Below are positions 39,419 to 51,124 of a stretch of 64,000 nt of DNA, in pieces; position 1 is the first letter of the stretch, and every line of letters starts with the position of its first letter. Below the pieces are notes generated by a model. The model was not told the origin of the DNA, searched no databases, and saw nothing but the letters and a program-made list of their open reading frames with translations. Source of the stretch: Chlorokybus atmophyticus. Its lineage: Eukaryota; Plantae; Mesostigma and Chlorokybus algae. The DNA is taken from assembly GCA_009103225.1 (NCBI GenBank), contig RHPI01003009.1:148091-212090 (forward strand), in the 5' to 3' direction. The position numbers were made by a program, and so were the translations under genes.

Positions 39419-42400
39419 ACACGCCGGACAGTACCATGCTCCATCAGGGTTCTCCTCAAGTGGTGGACGAAGGCACTCAATGTGCCAACCGGCAGCACAC
39501 TTTTCGAATAGTAGCATGGTGTCCAAGCCCTCTGCTCGGCCACACCGCTCATAATGGTGGCCCACATCTGGTATGGCCAAAGCCGGATCCACAGTGTTAT
39601 CCATGTTTAGCAGATGACAAGGGGCGCAGCTCTTCATGTGCTCCTTGGTGGTCCTGGCATCAGCTCCCTCCAACAACAACACACCGTTGTTGGGAAGCTT
39701 CTTCACACGAATAATGGTGCGGCTCGCACTACAAGTTGTATCCAACGTATCCTTGGTCTTCCTCTACAGGTACACGAAGTCTCTTGGCTGAAACTTTTGC
39801 AGTCTTCGCTGGTAAAAGCCACTCCTCACCCTCGCATAGCACAGTGTGTCGCGGTGTCGCGCCACTTGCAAGTTGCCAAGAGCGATTGGCATCACACGCC
39901 GGAACAGTTCCGCACGCTTTGCCATCTCCTTCTCCCACACATTGGAATCCTCCAAGTCAAGCTCCTGTTCAACTTGTCTCCGGTTTAATGTTGGCAATAT
40001 GGGCTCCCTCCCGTATAACAAAAAGTAGGGATTATATGAGCTCAACGCAGCATGCCGCGTCATGCTATAACCCATCGCCAGCCATGGAACGCCAATTCCT
40101 AGTCTCTCTTGTTGTGGTTGAGACAGTACTTGCAAAGCCCCTTCTTCACCACCTATACCATTCTCTCAGCAAGCCCATCGGCCCGAGGATGGTCACGGGA
40201 AGTCCTTCGATGGTCGATGAAGGCTTGCGCCAACAAGTCATTGAACTGGCCACGAATCTCGGTGCCTTGGTCAGTGAGAACCTCCGCACAAGCATCAAAT
40301 GTGCTAAGGACATGATCAAGGAACGCCTCAGCCACAAGCTTCCTTCGATGGCAGCGCCACGACCTCGACCCACTTTGAAAAGTGCTCCATCATCACCGTG
40401 ACGCGCACGTAACGGTTGCCTCTTTTGCTAAATGGTAGGTCCGGCTAGATCTAAGCTCCACCAATAGAATAGTCCTTGGATAGGCAGAGGGTGCAACTGT
40501 GGGTGCTTGGCATTTAAGCTCGCCTTCACCCTGTCGCACTTCACACAGCTTGCAACAACTCCTGCCATGGTAGACTGCATGCCAGCTGACTAATATGCTG
40601 ATTGCACGAGCCCAAGTGTCCTCTTGACACCAAAGTGGCCCATCCTCTCATGAAGCAACTCCACAAACGGCTTCCTCTTTGTGGTTGAGGCACAATCCTC
40701 ACACCTCCATCCGGCATCAAGCGCACAAGGTGGTCTCCCTCCCACCGATAGCGTTGCGCGCGTTGCCATTCGCAATCTCGCGTCGCCGTGCTGCACCCAG
40801 CTTGGAACAGCCCGGTCTTGAGGTGAGCAAGCACCTGCTCATCCCTCCAAATGTCTCGGCTTCCTCCCCTTCAATGTCATTGACCGTTGGGGCTGGTGCA
40901 GCCTCCAAAGGTGGCATTACACCATCATTGTCACCTTCTTCAGCTGCGTCTGCGCGCGTGGATGCGCATGCGTCCACCGAACCCGTCAAATCTAGCAAGG
41001 AGGCTACACGGTAGGCAAAAAACCAAGCCACGGGCATGCCATAGTCATGCCTTGCCTCACTCTCATTCAACAATGAAGGATTTGAGTTCCTACTCAGCCC
41101 ATCCGCGTCCATGTTGTCAACACCAGCTCGCTGTTCAATTTCACACTTATACTCCTGCGGTATGAGCGCCCATCTGGCATGCTTCCCTGTGAGCTTGTTA
41201 TTGGTCATCAACCACTTCAAGGGCTGGTGGTCGGTGATGAGTGTGAAGGCACGGCTATAGAGGAACGGTTTGAAGTAAACTATGGCCCACTACTGCTAAA
41301 CACTCCCCGTTATAGGAACTGTAGTTTGCCTCTGCGTTGTTGTTTCTTCGGCTGCCATATACCACCACATATTCCTTCCCATCATCCTTTTTACACAACA
41401 CGGCCTCTATGCCCAAGCGGCTCCCATCCGTGTGTAGGATGAAGGGACGGTTGTAGTCCGCCCGTCTCAACACCGGCGCAGTGCATAGCTTCTCCTTAAG
41501 AAGCTCAAAGACACGTTGACACTCCTCCGAGCAGCACCAGGCCTTGTCCTTCTTTAAACTACTCATTTTATGGCTTTGCAATCTTGCTATACCCCTCCAC
41601 GAACCATCGATCGTAGTTCGCCAAGCCGAGAAACGCCCGTAGTCGGCTAATGTCTGTCGGTGCAGGCACTTGCACCAAGGCATCCACCTTTGCTTGTTGC
41701 ACACGTATACCATCCGGCACTATCTCATGGCCGAGATAAGGGATACGATTAGCTCCAAACAAGCACTTCTCCGGGTGACACCTCATGCCGCTCTTGCGCA
41801 CGCGCTCGAACACGCGCTCCAAGTGCACGAGATGCTCCTTCATCATGTGGCTAAACACCACTGTGTCATCAACGTAGCACCTTGCAAAGGGTAGACCACG
41901 AAGCACACGGTCCATCACAAACTAGAACTTCACAGGTGCATTCTTCAAGCCGAATGGCGTGACCTTCCATTTGTAGAGCTGGTCCACTCCCCAACACGCT
42001 GTCTTGCCACGGTCCTTTGGCTTGATGGCGATCTGTTTGAAGCCCTGCCTCACGTCCACGATGGAGAACACCTTTGCATCACCAATGTCGTCAAAGATAG
42101 CCTCAGGGATAGGCATAAGATACCGATCAGCCTTGGTCTTCTCATTCAATAGCCGATAGTCACCACACATCCTCCTTGAGGTCCAGTTTCCTTGTGCATC
42201 TTGCTTCAACATCAACACCGTCGCCGCCGCAAAGTCCGAAGTTGACTCCTCAATAAATCCGGCTTCCAACAACTCAGCACACTTCTCTGCCACAAACTCT
42301 GTCTCCACCTTGCTCAATCAATACTACCTACGAAAGATGGGCTCCCGAGAGGTCAACTCAATGTCCATTGTGTAGAAGTTGCAGACCTCCAATTCCTTGG

Positions 42401-43261
42401 TAGAGTAGGCGAAGCAGTCACGCTTGCGCCAGCAACGCCTCGAGCCATTCACGCTCATGTGGTGTCACATGCTCGCCCACACACCACTCCATGGTCTGGT
42501 CGGTGACCTTCTCCTGCTTCAAGGCACCACCTACAGCCACTTTCTTGCCACTTGCAGCTGTCACATGCAAAAAAGACACCCTCTTACTACTAGTAAGCGG
42601 ATAGTATCCTCATCATGTGCAAGCTGCTCCCACCCCCTCGACAGAGGCGCAGGCTCCCGAAGCGCTTGCTGTCGCACCGGCGTGTTGCTTGCTATCAACT
42701 CCTATGCCGCCAAGCAGACAACCATAAGCCACATCATGCTGTCCTGATCCATGGCTTGTCCTAGCAGCACTCGGCGCTGTTGTTCACTCAATCCTGGCGC
42801 CGCCGTCGCTCCGGACAAGAACCCCATCGCACGCTCGCGCTCAGCAGCTGTTGGCTCTACCAACCTGCTGTTCCGTGACTCACGGGATTTGAAGTCCCAC
42901 ACCAGCCCTGGCCCTCCGTTACGGAATGCATAAGAGCCTAGGTTTGTCACCAATGTCAGCAACGCCGCCATGTCGTGTCCGACCAGGGCCGGTTCACCAC
43001 CTCTTGGGGCGACCGATCAGCTTTGCTGAGCTGTTGTGATGTGTGCGCCCATGCTCTAGCACCTAGTTGACTGTCAAGCCTTGCGGTTTAAAGTACTCTT
43101 GCTGCACCGTGCGAATCAACTCAATCGGCGCGAGGTTTGTCCACTTCACACGCAGCCGATGCGCGCGGACCATGCCGTGCCGCATCCATGACCATCTCAT
43201 GCTCTAGCACATGTCCCACCAGCTGGTAGTCTTGTCGCACGCGCTTGCGCTTGTTTTCAAA
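39419..43261 (-). mobile_element. Degenerate, 5'-truncated Ty3/Gypsy element with domain order DNMT(C5-MTase)-RT-RNaseH-integrase-PHD
   Basis: RT: FAAATVL, RMCGDYRLLN, DVRQGFKQI, PFGLKNAP, CYVDDTVVFS, YLGH. RH: FILHTDGS, TDHQPLKWL, ARWAL. INT: HERMGHFG, TDQGTE, DGLAERMV, YNPYFLLYGR. PHD at 39419-39553. DNMT motifs at 42747-43261. Many stops and frameshifts. Confidence 0.92.
42702..43261 (-). pseudogene. DNMT3-like C5 cytosine methyltransferase catalytic-domain remnant (motifs VI/VII-X) inside the Gypsy pol region
   Basis: FEN (43253-43261) ... MVMDAARHG / RAHRLRVKWTNL (43132-43186, one frameshift) resembles DNMT3A [55 protein letters not shown] (42747-42857) resembles DRM/DNMT3 motifs IX-X (EPDEVE..GFP..HT....R..LGNS). 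Confidence 0.8.
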
Positions 43262-45478
43262 TTAACAGCCTACGGTTGAGTCTCACCGCCGAAATTAAAA
43301 CTAATCGACAGGCATCGATTTCGTTACACGTTATTGACTTATATGTCATATAACATGGTGACACACTCGCTGTTATCATACAGCAAGTTCACATAACGGG
43401 CAAATTGCGAACGTGATAAATGGGGCGTGATGGGTAATGGGTAGCGTAGTGCGATGAGCATAACGTGATATGCGTGTGTTAAGAAATTATAGTCAATACA
43501 TATGCTTTTCACATTCACATTCATGAGCAAAATTTGCTCTTAGACGCTAAGTACAAACCTCATTTAAAAGCATATCTTTACGCTCTGCAGTTGTTGTTGT
43601 TGCTGCATCTTAATAATACTAATGCCTACGCCCAAGTCTATGGTCTAATCTTGTTGTAAACGCTCTGTTGGCACCCCGCCTCATGTATCATTTGCTTTGT
43701 TTGCTGCTTGTGGGCCACAAGCTGTGGCCTAAGTTGTGCGGGCATTTGCGTGCCTACACCTTGGGCCCCTTTCAGCTTGAGCTTGGATGTTAACTAGCTA
43801 TTATGCGAGTTACATTATGGAGGAGGATAGAAAGAGCATGCTCTTAGCTAGGGTAGACTGTACAGGCCGCTGGTGCGTCACCCACCGTCACGCCAGAGTC
43901 TTGTGGCCCACACAAGTTGTGGGCCACAGGTGCGGCGTGCCTGCGTCGCCGGCGCATTGTACATTGGACGTCACACACAACCTCGTCGAGAGGCCTGCAT
44001 GGGCAACCGTTGGATATTACCCCAGCCGACCAATGGATGCACGTCCACCACAGGATCTAGGGGGCCAGTATGGTGAACCTTTCACCGTGTTACTAACGGA
44101 GAACTGGCTTCTGTAGTAGATTGACCCCGTCCACACGTCATGCTGACCCGGTTAGACTTGACGCACAGGCGAATCTGAAGTTCAGGCCCTAGACCCAGGT
44201 CAACTCAATCGTAGTTGACTTACCGAGAGACAGTACTGACTTTGATGTACGGTACGTTAGTAAGCCAGGTTCATGAGGCATAACCGTTCCCAGGCCAGCC
44301 CGCGGCTCATGGAACGGTTATAATGATGGCATTTCATCACCTGGGGGGTGAGTTTGAAACCACCTTTTGAAAGCGTTACGAAAGCGGGGCCTTTTGCCTA
44401 GTTTTCGCGCGCGACATTTCAAAGTGCCAGCTGGCAATTTTCAAGGGCTGCCTGTACTCGCTCAGTAAGCAACAGGAGGCGGCGGCTGGGCTGGGCTGAG
44501 CTAAGCTGAGCAAGTGGCGGCGGCGGCAGCGGCAGCGGCAGCGGCGAAGCGGCTGGCCTGAGGGTGATCTGTGGGGTTGGAGTGGTCATCTGTGAGGAGG
44601 AGGTCGTGCGGCTACAGGAGGACGGCTGGTGCCGGCTGGTTGAGAAGCACCCTGCATTGCGTCCTCTAGACATATTGTTGCCGGCTGGCGCTAGGAAACA
44701 ATGCTGGCTTGCGAGCTGGAGCCCTTGCGGAGGTTGCAGCTGGTAAGAGCACTTGGGATGCAGACACGAGTTGTTGGTCGCCTCCTGCACTGGCTTGCTA
44801 TAGACTGGTTTGTTCTATGCGTTTGGCGCTGGATCTACTAGTAGAACTTTTAACGGCTATCGCCTGCATGCAACAATCGATTGACCAAGAGGTTCACCAA
44901 GACGTGTGCTTGCTTTTTATTCTGTGCGATGCGTCACATTACGCAACATGCAGGGCAGCGCACAACAATGGCTGGTGCGAGCACGCACGATTATCTAGTG
45001 TACGTTGCAGAAGTGTGTGCCAACCTACCGGTTGCCATCTCCTGAGCACATTGCTTTGCTGAGACTCTGTCTCAATGTGCGTATGCTAAGGCTATGTTCC
45101 ATGAACCATGCAACCAGGCAGCTTCTGCTAGTCATAGCTTCTTGTACAGTTTGACCTTTCACAATTATTGATAGCTTATTGTAAAGGTAGATTCATTACA
45201 TCAGGCTTATCACACTTTGCAAGCTGCACAATTCTGCTATCCGCAACCCGTCAGCGGCAGCGTCTGCTTTTTGGTCTGTGCTTTGCACGAGGAATCCTTT
45301 ACGTTTGGAACTTGGTGTTTTCCTTTATTTACTGGTTGATGCAGTTCTGCATGCTGCGTTCTGATGTTGGCTGTGACCGCTTTTCTACACAGGAATTCAG
45401 TTGAGGCCGGCATGCGTTCATAACAACGTTGAGGGACAGCCCCGGTTGTAGGTGCTGTCTACGCGCACGCTGCCTAAC

Positions 45479-48205
45479 ATGAAGTGGGGAATGGCACAAA
45501 AGTCACATCGAAGGAATGGCAGTTTTACCAACATAAACGGCTTTGGAGGTGGGTTCTGTGTACCACACAGCACATGTCTGTTGGGTTGTGTGGCAATCGC
45601 TTGCACTTGCTATGTCACGTCGCGGGCTCATTACGCACTGCTTGCTTGTTATTTATGGTGTTAGCTTGGCCATAATGTTCTTGTGGCTTGCAAAGTTCAA
45701 CACGGTTTTGGCTCATTCTCATTGCTGTGTTGTAGGCCCACCGTTAAACAAGTACCGCAGCTTCACATTTGTACGCGTGGTGTCCGTGACCCTATTGTTG
45801 TCGGTGGCTGTGCTTGTGTATTTCCACACAGATTCGGTTGTGCCTAACAGGTATGAAAGCACTGTAGCTGCTGTCTGTGTAGTAACCACAGCAGACCAGC
45901 CATGCAAAGATGCAGCATGCTGTTCTCATTGTCCAGGCGTGCACTATAAGAGCGTTTAAGTCTCATGAACAATGAGAACGATACACAAAAGTAAGGCGAC
46001 GACTGTGCTCTGTTCACATGCATAACGCATCCCACGCAACATCTGCATACGCAGCCCTGTGCCGGAGGCGCAAGTTTCAGAGGCAGTTTTGATAGACTCA
46101 GACGGGGATGCTGACCTTAGTCCACTAAGAGAGGTTGATGAGCGCGTACGCGTGGATGACGAGTTTTCTGTACACAACGCAAGTCGCACTCGAGGAAGAC
46201 ATAAACGGCAACAGGTATGTGTGCAATAGTTGTATGCTACATCATGGTCTAGGAGGCTACAGCAGGATTGGTGTACAGATGGGGATGTTCACACACACGC
46301 CCTGCAGTACTTGTTTTTCCCCAAAAGCCCGCTGCCGTGTATTTACTCCTTCTGCTTCGTTCGCAGACTACATACGGTGTTGTTGCCAAGTTCAGCGCCA
46401 ACTATGAATCGCAAGCAATCTGCTCGCGGCATTGGGCTCGGGGGATTGAGAAGTTGGTGGATCAACAATTATTGAAGTCATGGCGCGTGTTCTTCTCAAT
46501 GAATCTCCATCAGAATGCTGCAGTCACCCCGCATCTGCTGACGGAACTTCATCGTGTGCTGACTTGGTTGGACGCAACCAAGGCTTATGTGTCGGTGTAT
46601 GAGAGTGGTAGCACGGACAACACGCCTTCAGTGCTTTCTGTCATGCACTCCCTGCTCGTACACATGCGCGTTCCTCACAACATCATCGCTAATGCAACGG
46701 ATGTCCGAGGAGACGGCATGCCCAGGATAGAGTTCCTCGCACGAGTCCGTAACCGCGCGCTGCAGCCATTGTTTGATATGCAGGATGAAGTCCGCTTTGA
46801 CAAGGTATGTTTGTTAGCCACAGTCAAGAACCATTGAGGGTGTCATTGCACGCGCACTGATTTTTTATGTGCTCCTCCACCAGGTATTCTTCAACAATGA
46901 CGTGTACTTCTGTGCGGAGGACGTATTACTACTGCTTCTGCATGATGCGCACATTGCTGCCGGGTTTGACATCAACAACGTGGACTGGGACAGCAAGAAG
47001 ATCAGATTTTATGATAACTGGGTTGGCCGAGATCTCAATGGTGATGACATTGGGTACTTCCACCCTTTTGTCCGGCTACCAGAAAGTCAAAAGCGCATTG
47101 AGCAGGTACAGCTTCATTGCTACTCTGTTTGCTTAACTTATGCCGAGCATGTGCTTATGTATGTCAAGTGCCACGTTGCTGTATGCTGATTGCATGAGTG
47201 TGTCTGCAGGCTTTGCCAGTCCCCGTGTACTGCGCGTGGAATGGCATGGTGTCCATAGCTCCGGAAGTGTTTTATGATCAACAAATCTTGTTTCGCACTC
47301 GAGCTTGGCGTGGGGAGTGCTCGTCGTCAGAAATGACCCTGTTCTGTCAGGATATATGGAACGTGTACAGGGAGCGCACGCGCGTGATTATCGATCCTCG
47401 TGTGTTGGTGGCTTACAGCTATGAAGTGTTTGCTGACATCGATCTAGCTCGGCAAAAAAGAGTGCCTGCTGCCAAGGGTCCCAACTCGTATGACGTCGGC
47501 GTGTTCCCTAACCCGTGGAGGGATTACTTCCAACCCCGCCCAGCGTACTTGAAACACGTGTTGAAAACCTTGAACGTCATCCCATACCCAACCGAAGTAC
47601 CTTCTCTGATTAAGTGTTGCCCACTTCCAGACGGAGCAACATACTGTGTTGGAAACTCTCAGTGTCACTGGGAACCTGTGCTGAGTGGCAAGATGCTCGC
47701 ACAAGATCCCAACCCTGCAAATGACTCAACATGCCCCCCACTACCCGACAGAGAAAAGGGCAAGGAGATGGTGTTTGTTGCAGTCACGTTGATCGCAAGC
47801 CTGCCAGTACCCCCAACCTTCTATCACCAGATGGAGCTGCTAGGCCAGTACCTTGGCAGCAACCTTTTTGTGTCAATAGTTGCGCGGGGTGAAGAAGAAT
47901 GGCCGCCCTGGCGCTCACAGCTGGCCAACATCTTCTGGTCGATGAACACCGTCAAGCTGAAGCATTATTGGGTTGGCAAGCGAAATGTGCCTGCCTTCGC
48001 GGACCCCGGATCAACGCATGAGGCGGGAGTGATTCACTGGCAAGTGCTCCAACATCAAAAGGGTCGCATCACTGCTTTTCTAGTAGACCCGCACCAGGAG
48101 TTCTGCGCCGTAGACCTTATTGCAGAGATTGATTTGTTCAAGAATGATCGTGTTGCCTGCACTGCGGAGCTGTTCACAGAGCGTCGCTCCACAAGCTGCA
48201 ATAAG
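45479..48205 (+). CDS. CAP59/CMT1-type (GT69) alpha-1,3-mannosyltransferase, type II membrane protein with a long C-terminal extension; 3' end unresolved
   Basis: N-terminal TM (FVRVVSVTLLLSVAVLVYF), then VFFSMNLHQN, YVSVYESGSTDNT, RIEFLARVRNRALQPL, FNNDVYFCAEDV, FYDNWVGRDLNG, VYCAWNGMV, ECSSSEMTLFCQD, VIIDPRVLVAY. Confidence 0.88.
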
Positions 48206-50975
48206 GTTCGTGTCTTTGTATGTGCTGCCTGAGTACGCAACAGTCAAGCACTGAATACAGAATTGATGAGTGGCCAGTGCTTCACTTGCAGCATGCTGCT
48301 TTGTGCACCCAATCCCTGATCAGTCGTTGCACAGGGACTTGACACGTTGGCAGATTACATGGCGAAGGCTAAGACGTTTAAGTTCAAACGCCCAGTGTAG
48401 CCATTGGGCGTTAAGCTATGATGGTGTGTATGTTATGGTTGTAGATGTTGTGGCCTGACACTCTGTTGTGGATGTTGTGGCCGCCTACGAATTGTGCTGC
48501 ATTATGCGCTGTGTCGCAGCCAATGCGTGTGCAATTTGCAGAATCTATGTTGGTCCTGAGCATGAATGGATATTAACTGAAATGTGGCTCTGTACCATCT
48601 CAAGGTTGCGCTTGCAGTCAGGAATTTGTCAGCTGCGGCTAGAGTGTACGGAAGGGGTGCCACAAAGTCCGCATGCATAGTGTGCTACCAATCATGCCGA
48701 CATGCAACGCTCATCCCATAACTCACAACCGGGCTAGCACTCAGTCTGTTGTCTACACTACCCTATCAGCCTGCCCCGTTAGTCACATACAGCATGCATG
48801 AAACCATCACCTGCATCGCGGCTGTGCATTGAGCACATATGAACACCATCAATGCCCATGTGCAAAGTTTGATTTCAAGCTACATGTTTATGTGATGTGA
48901 TGTGATGTGTGTCTGTACCCAAATTGCACAATGAATGTGTAAACGCCGCAGCAGGTGGAAGGTATGGTGCAAGATTATCATTGCAGTCTTGCAAATTTAT
49001 TATCATAATGTAAGCTTACCATTATATTGAAGAAACACAAGCAGGCATCCAGGTTCTAGCTTCTTCCATGCACGACACTCATCAGCACTAATTTCTCCAG
49101 GTTTTTCAACAATGAACAACCAAACGACATTGCGTACAAAGCTTTAATGCATAACAAGTCGTATGCTTGCATGTTTCATCATTTGGGATTTCGAGGTCAA
49201 AAGCACATTGCGTTCGCGCAGCCAGCATGGACAAAAACTTTTAACCCATCATGTTGGTGTCCATACACGTAAAGCTGCATGGTTATAAAGCCATTTGAAA
49301 TGCACAAAAGCATTGTGGAAAGTGTTCAAGAGCTTGACACCACTACATCATTATCAAGTAGCATGACATATGGTGATACTGGTATGTGAATTTGCACGCC
49401 TGTACTTTTTTCAGGTTAAGCAATTCATGTTGTATACGGCATCACGTACATTAAACTTTAAATTGTGCACACTGCGTGTGCACATCAGCACGTCATATAT
49501 AATGTACACTTTGTCTATATAATAATTATCCTAGTATCAAGCCGAACACCGCCGGTATAGTATGTAATTGTCAAGCGTTGATGCACAACGTAACACAATA
49601 CGACGATATCAATTGTAAAGGGTCGTATTACTGTGTTAATACTAACACCAATTGATACTAAAACTGTGTTTTTCAGGTTGACAAACATACCAACACTTGT
49701 AAATAAAACTGTACGTCAATGCATAATGCACACTTATGCGTCCATGCATGTTGTTCATGTTCGTGTATAAGAGATGTGGCGTTGATTAAAATCTCTTACA
49801 TGCGTTCGTAATTTCACACGGCAACTTGCAAATTTATTGTATTCGCTCAAAAACTATGCTCCTCCCCCCCACCCCACCCCACCTTTATACATTTTGCAAG
49901 GGCAACATGCTCGCCTTGTTGTAATCATGACAAAAACTTGATTTGACTGTCCNNNNNNNNNNNNNNNNNNNNNNNNCCCCCCCCCTTCCCGTAAACAATA
50001 CAAGTTTCCGCTAATCACGCATTTTAGCATTGTCAACATAGCAGCTGCGCAGTAAAGTAATTGGGTTAAAGTCGTAACAACCCAAAAGGCGCAATCTCAA
50101 ACTTCTACTTTAAGACATCAATGCATTATGAAATCGAAATGTGGCTCTGTTGAGTAATATTTGTTAGACTTAAGGCTCAATTTCGTGTTTTGAGGTGTAT
50201 GGCATGGTGCTTTCAAGCTACTTTCAACATTGATTGGATCCCAAACTTGAGCACGAAGAACCCGCGCTAGAGTTTTTGGATCATTGATTGAAACACTACC
50301 CTTCAATATCACATCACCTTTCAAGAGAGGGGGAGAGGNNNNNNNNNNNNNNNNNNNNGCATTGTGCTTGGCTGAATACAAAGACATGCAATATTACCGC
50401 ATTTTACATTATGAGACTACCATAGAATTGGTTTACCGCATATGTTATGGCTTTATGAATGTTGATCCTACTACTTGCATGTCGCTACTTGTGTTCATGA
50501 CATGACATGTATATAATACTGCAGAGTTCATATATCATTAACAAGCATATTATATAATTATTACTATACATATATGAATTATTTAAAAACATAGTATTTG
50601 CTTGTCTACCTCCTCCTTTCATGTATGCAAACTACTTAATAACAACAGCAAAATAATAATTACTATGCTATGTAGTCTCCACAATTCATGCAACATCACG
50701 TACATACCAACATGGCAGTCACGCCTACTCGCCATTAAAATCCCCCAAGCCACCATTCCAACATCCAGGTGGATCCACCACCCCACGCGTATCACGTGCG
50801 ATTGACTGAAACTGATCGATTCGGAATAGAGCGACTGTTCACGCAACAGCGATGTGCCAACATGACATGAGCTACGTCTTACGTAGTGGGCGATGAGCGA
50901 GCAACTTGTGGCGTAACCAAAAAGTGGTCACTATAAAGTTGATGTTATTGCTACAACGGATGTACACTTGAAAGG

Positions 50976-50984
50976 AAACCCTAA
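50976..50984 (+). promoter_or_regulatory. Telo-box (AAACCCTAA) upstream of the ArfGAP
   Basis: Exact motif about 140 bp before the ATG. Confidence 0.5.
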
Positions 50985-51124
50985 AGTTGACCGCCAAGCT
51001 GCCCGCAGCTGCCAGGTGGCATATTGCGCGGGTTGGAGCAACGGTGGACAGGGCGGCGGTGTAGGCAGGCGCCTGCTGGTCGGCCTGGTGCTTGTGCTGC
51101 TTGTTGTTGCGGCCTCCTCCGGCC

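Noticed and set aside
43332-43498. MITE-like segment with TATTGACT/AGTCAATA ends
   Set aside because: Only an 8-bp perfect match, with no target-site duplication and no second copy in the window.
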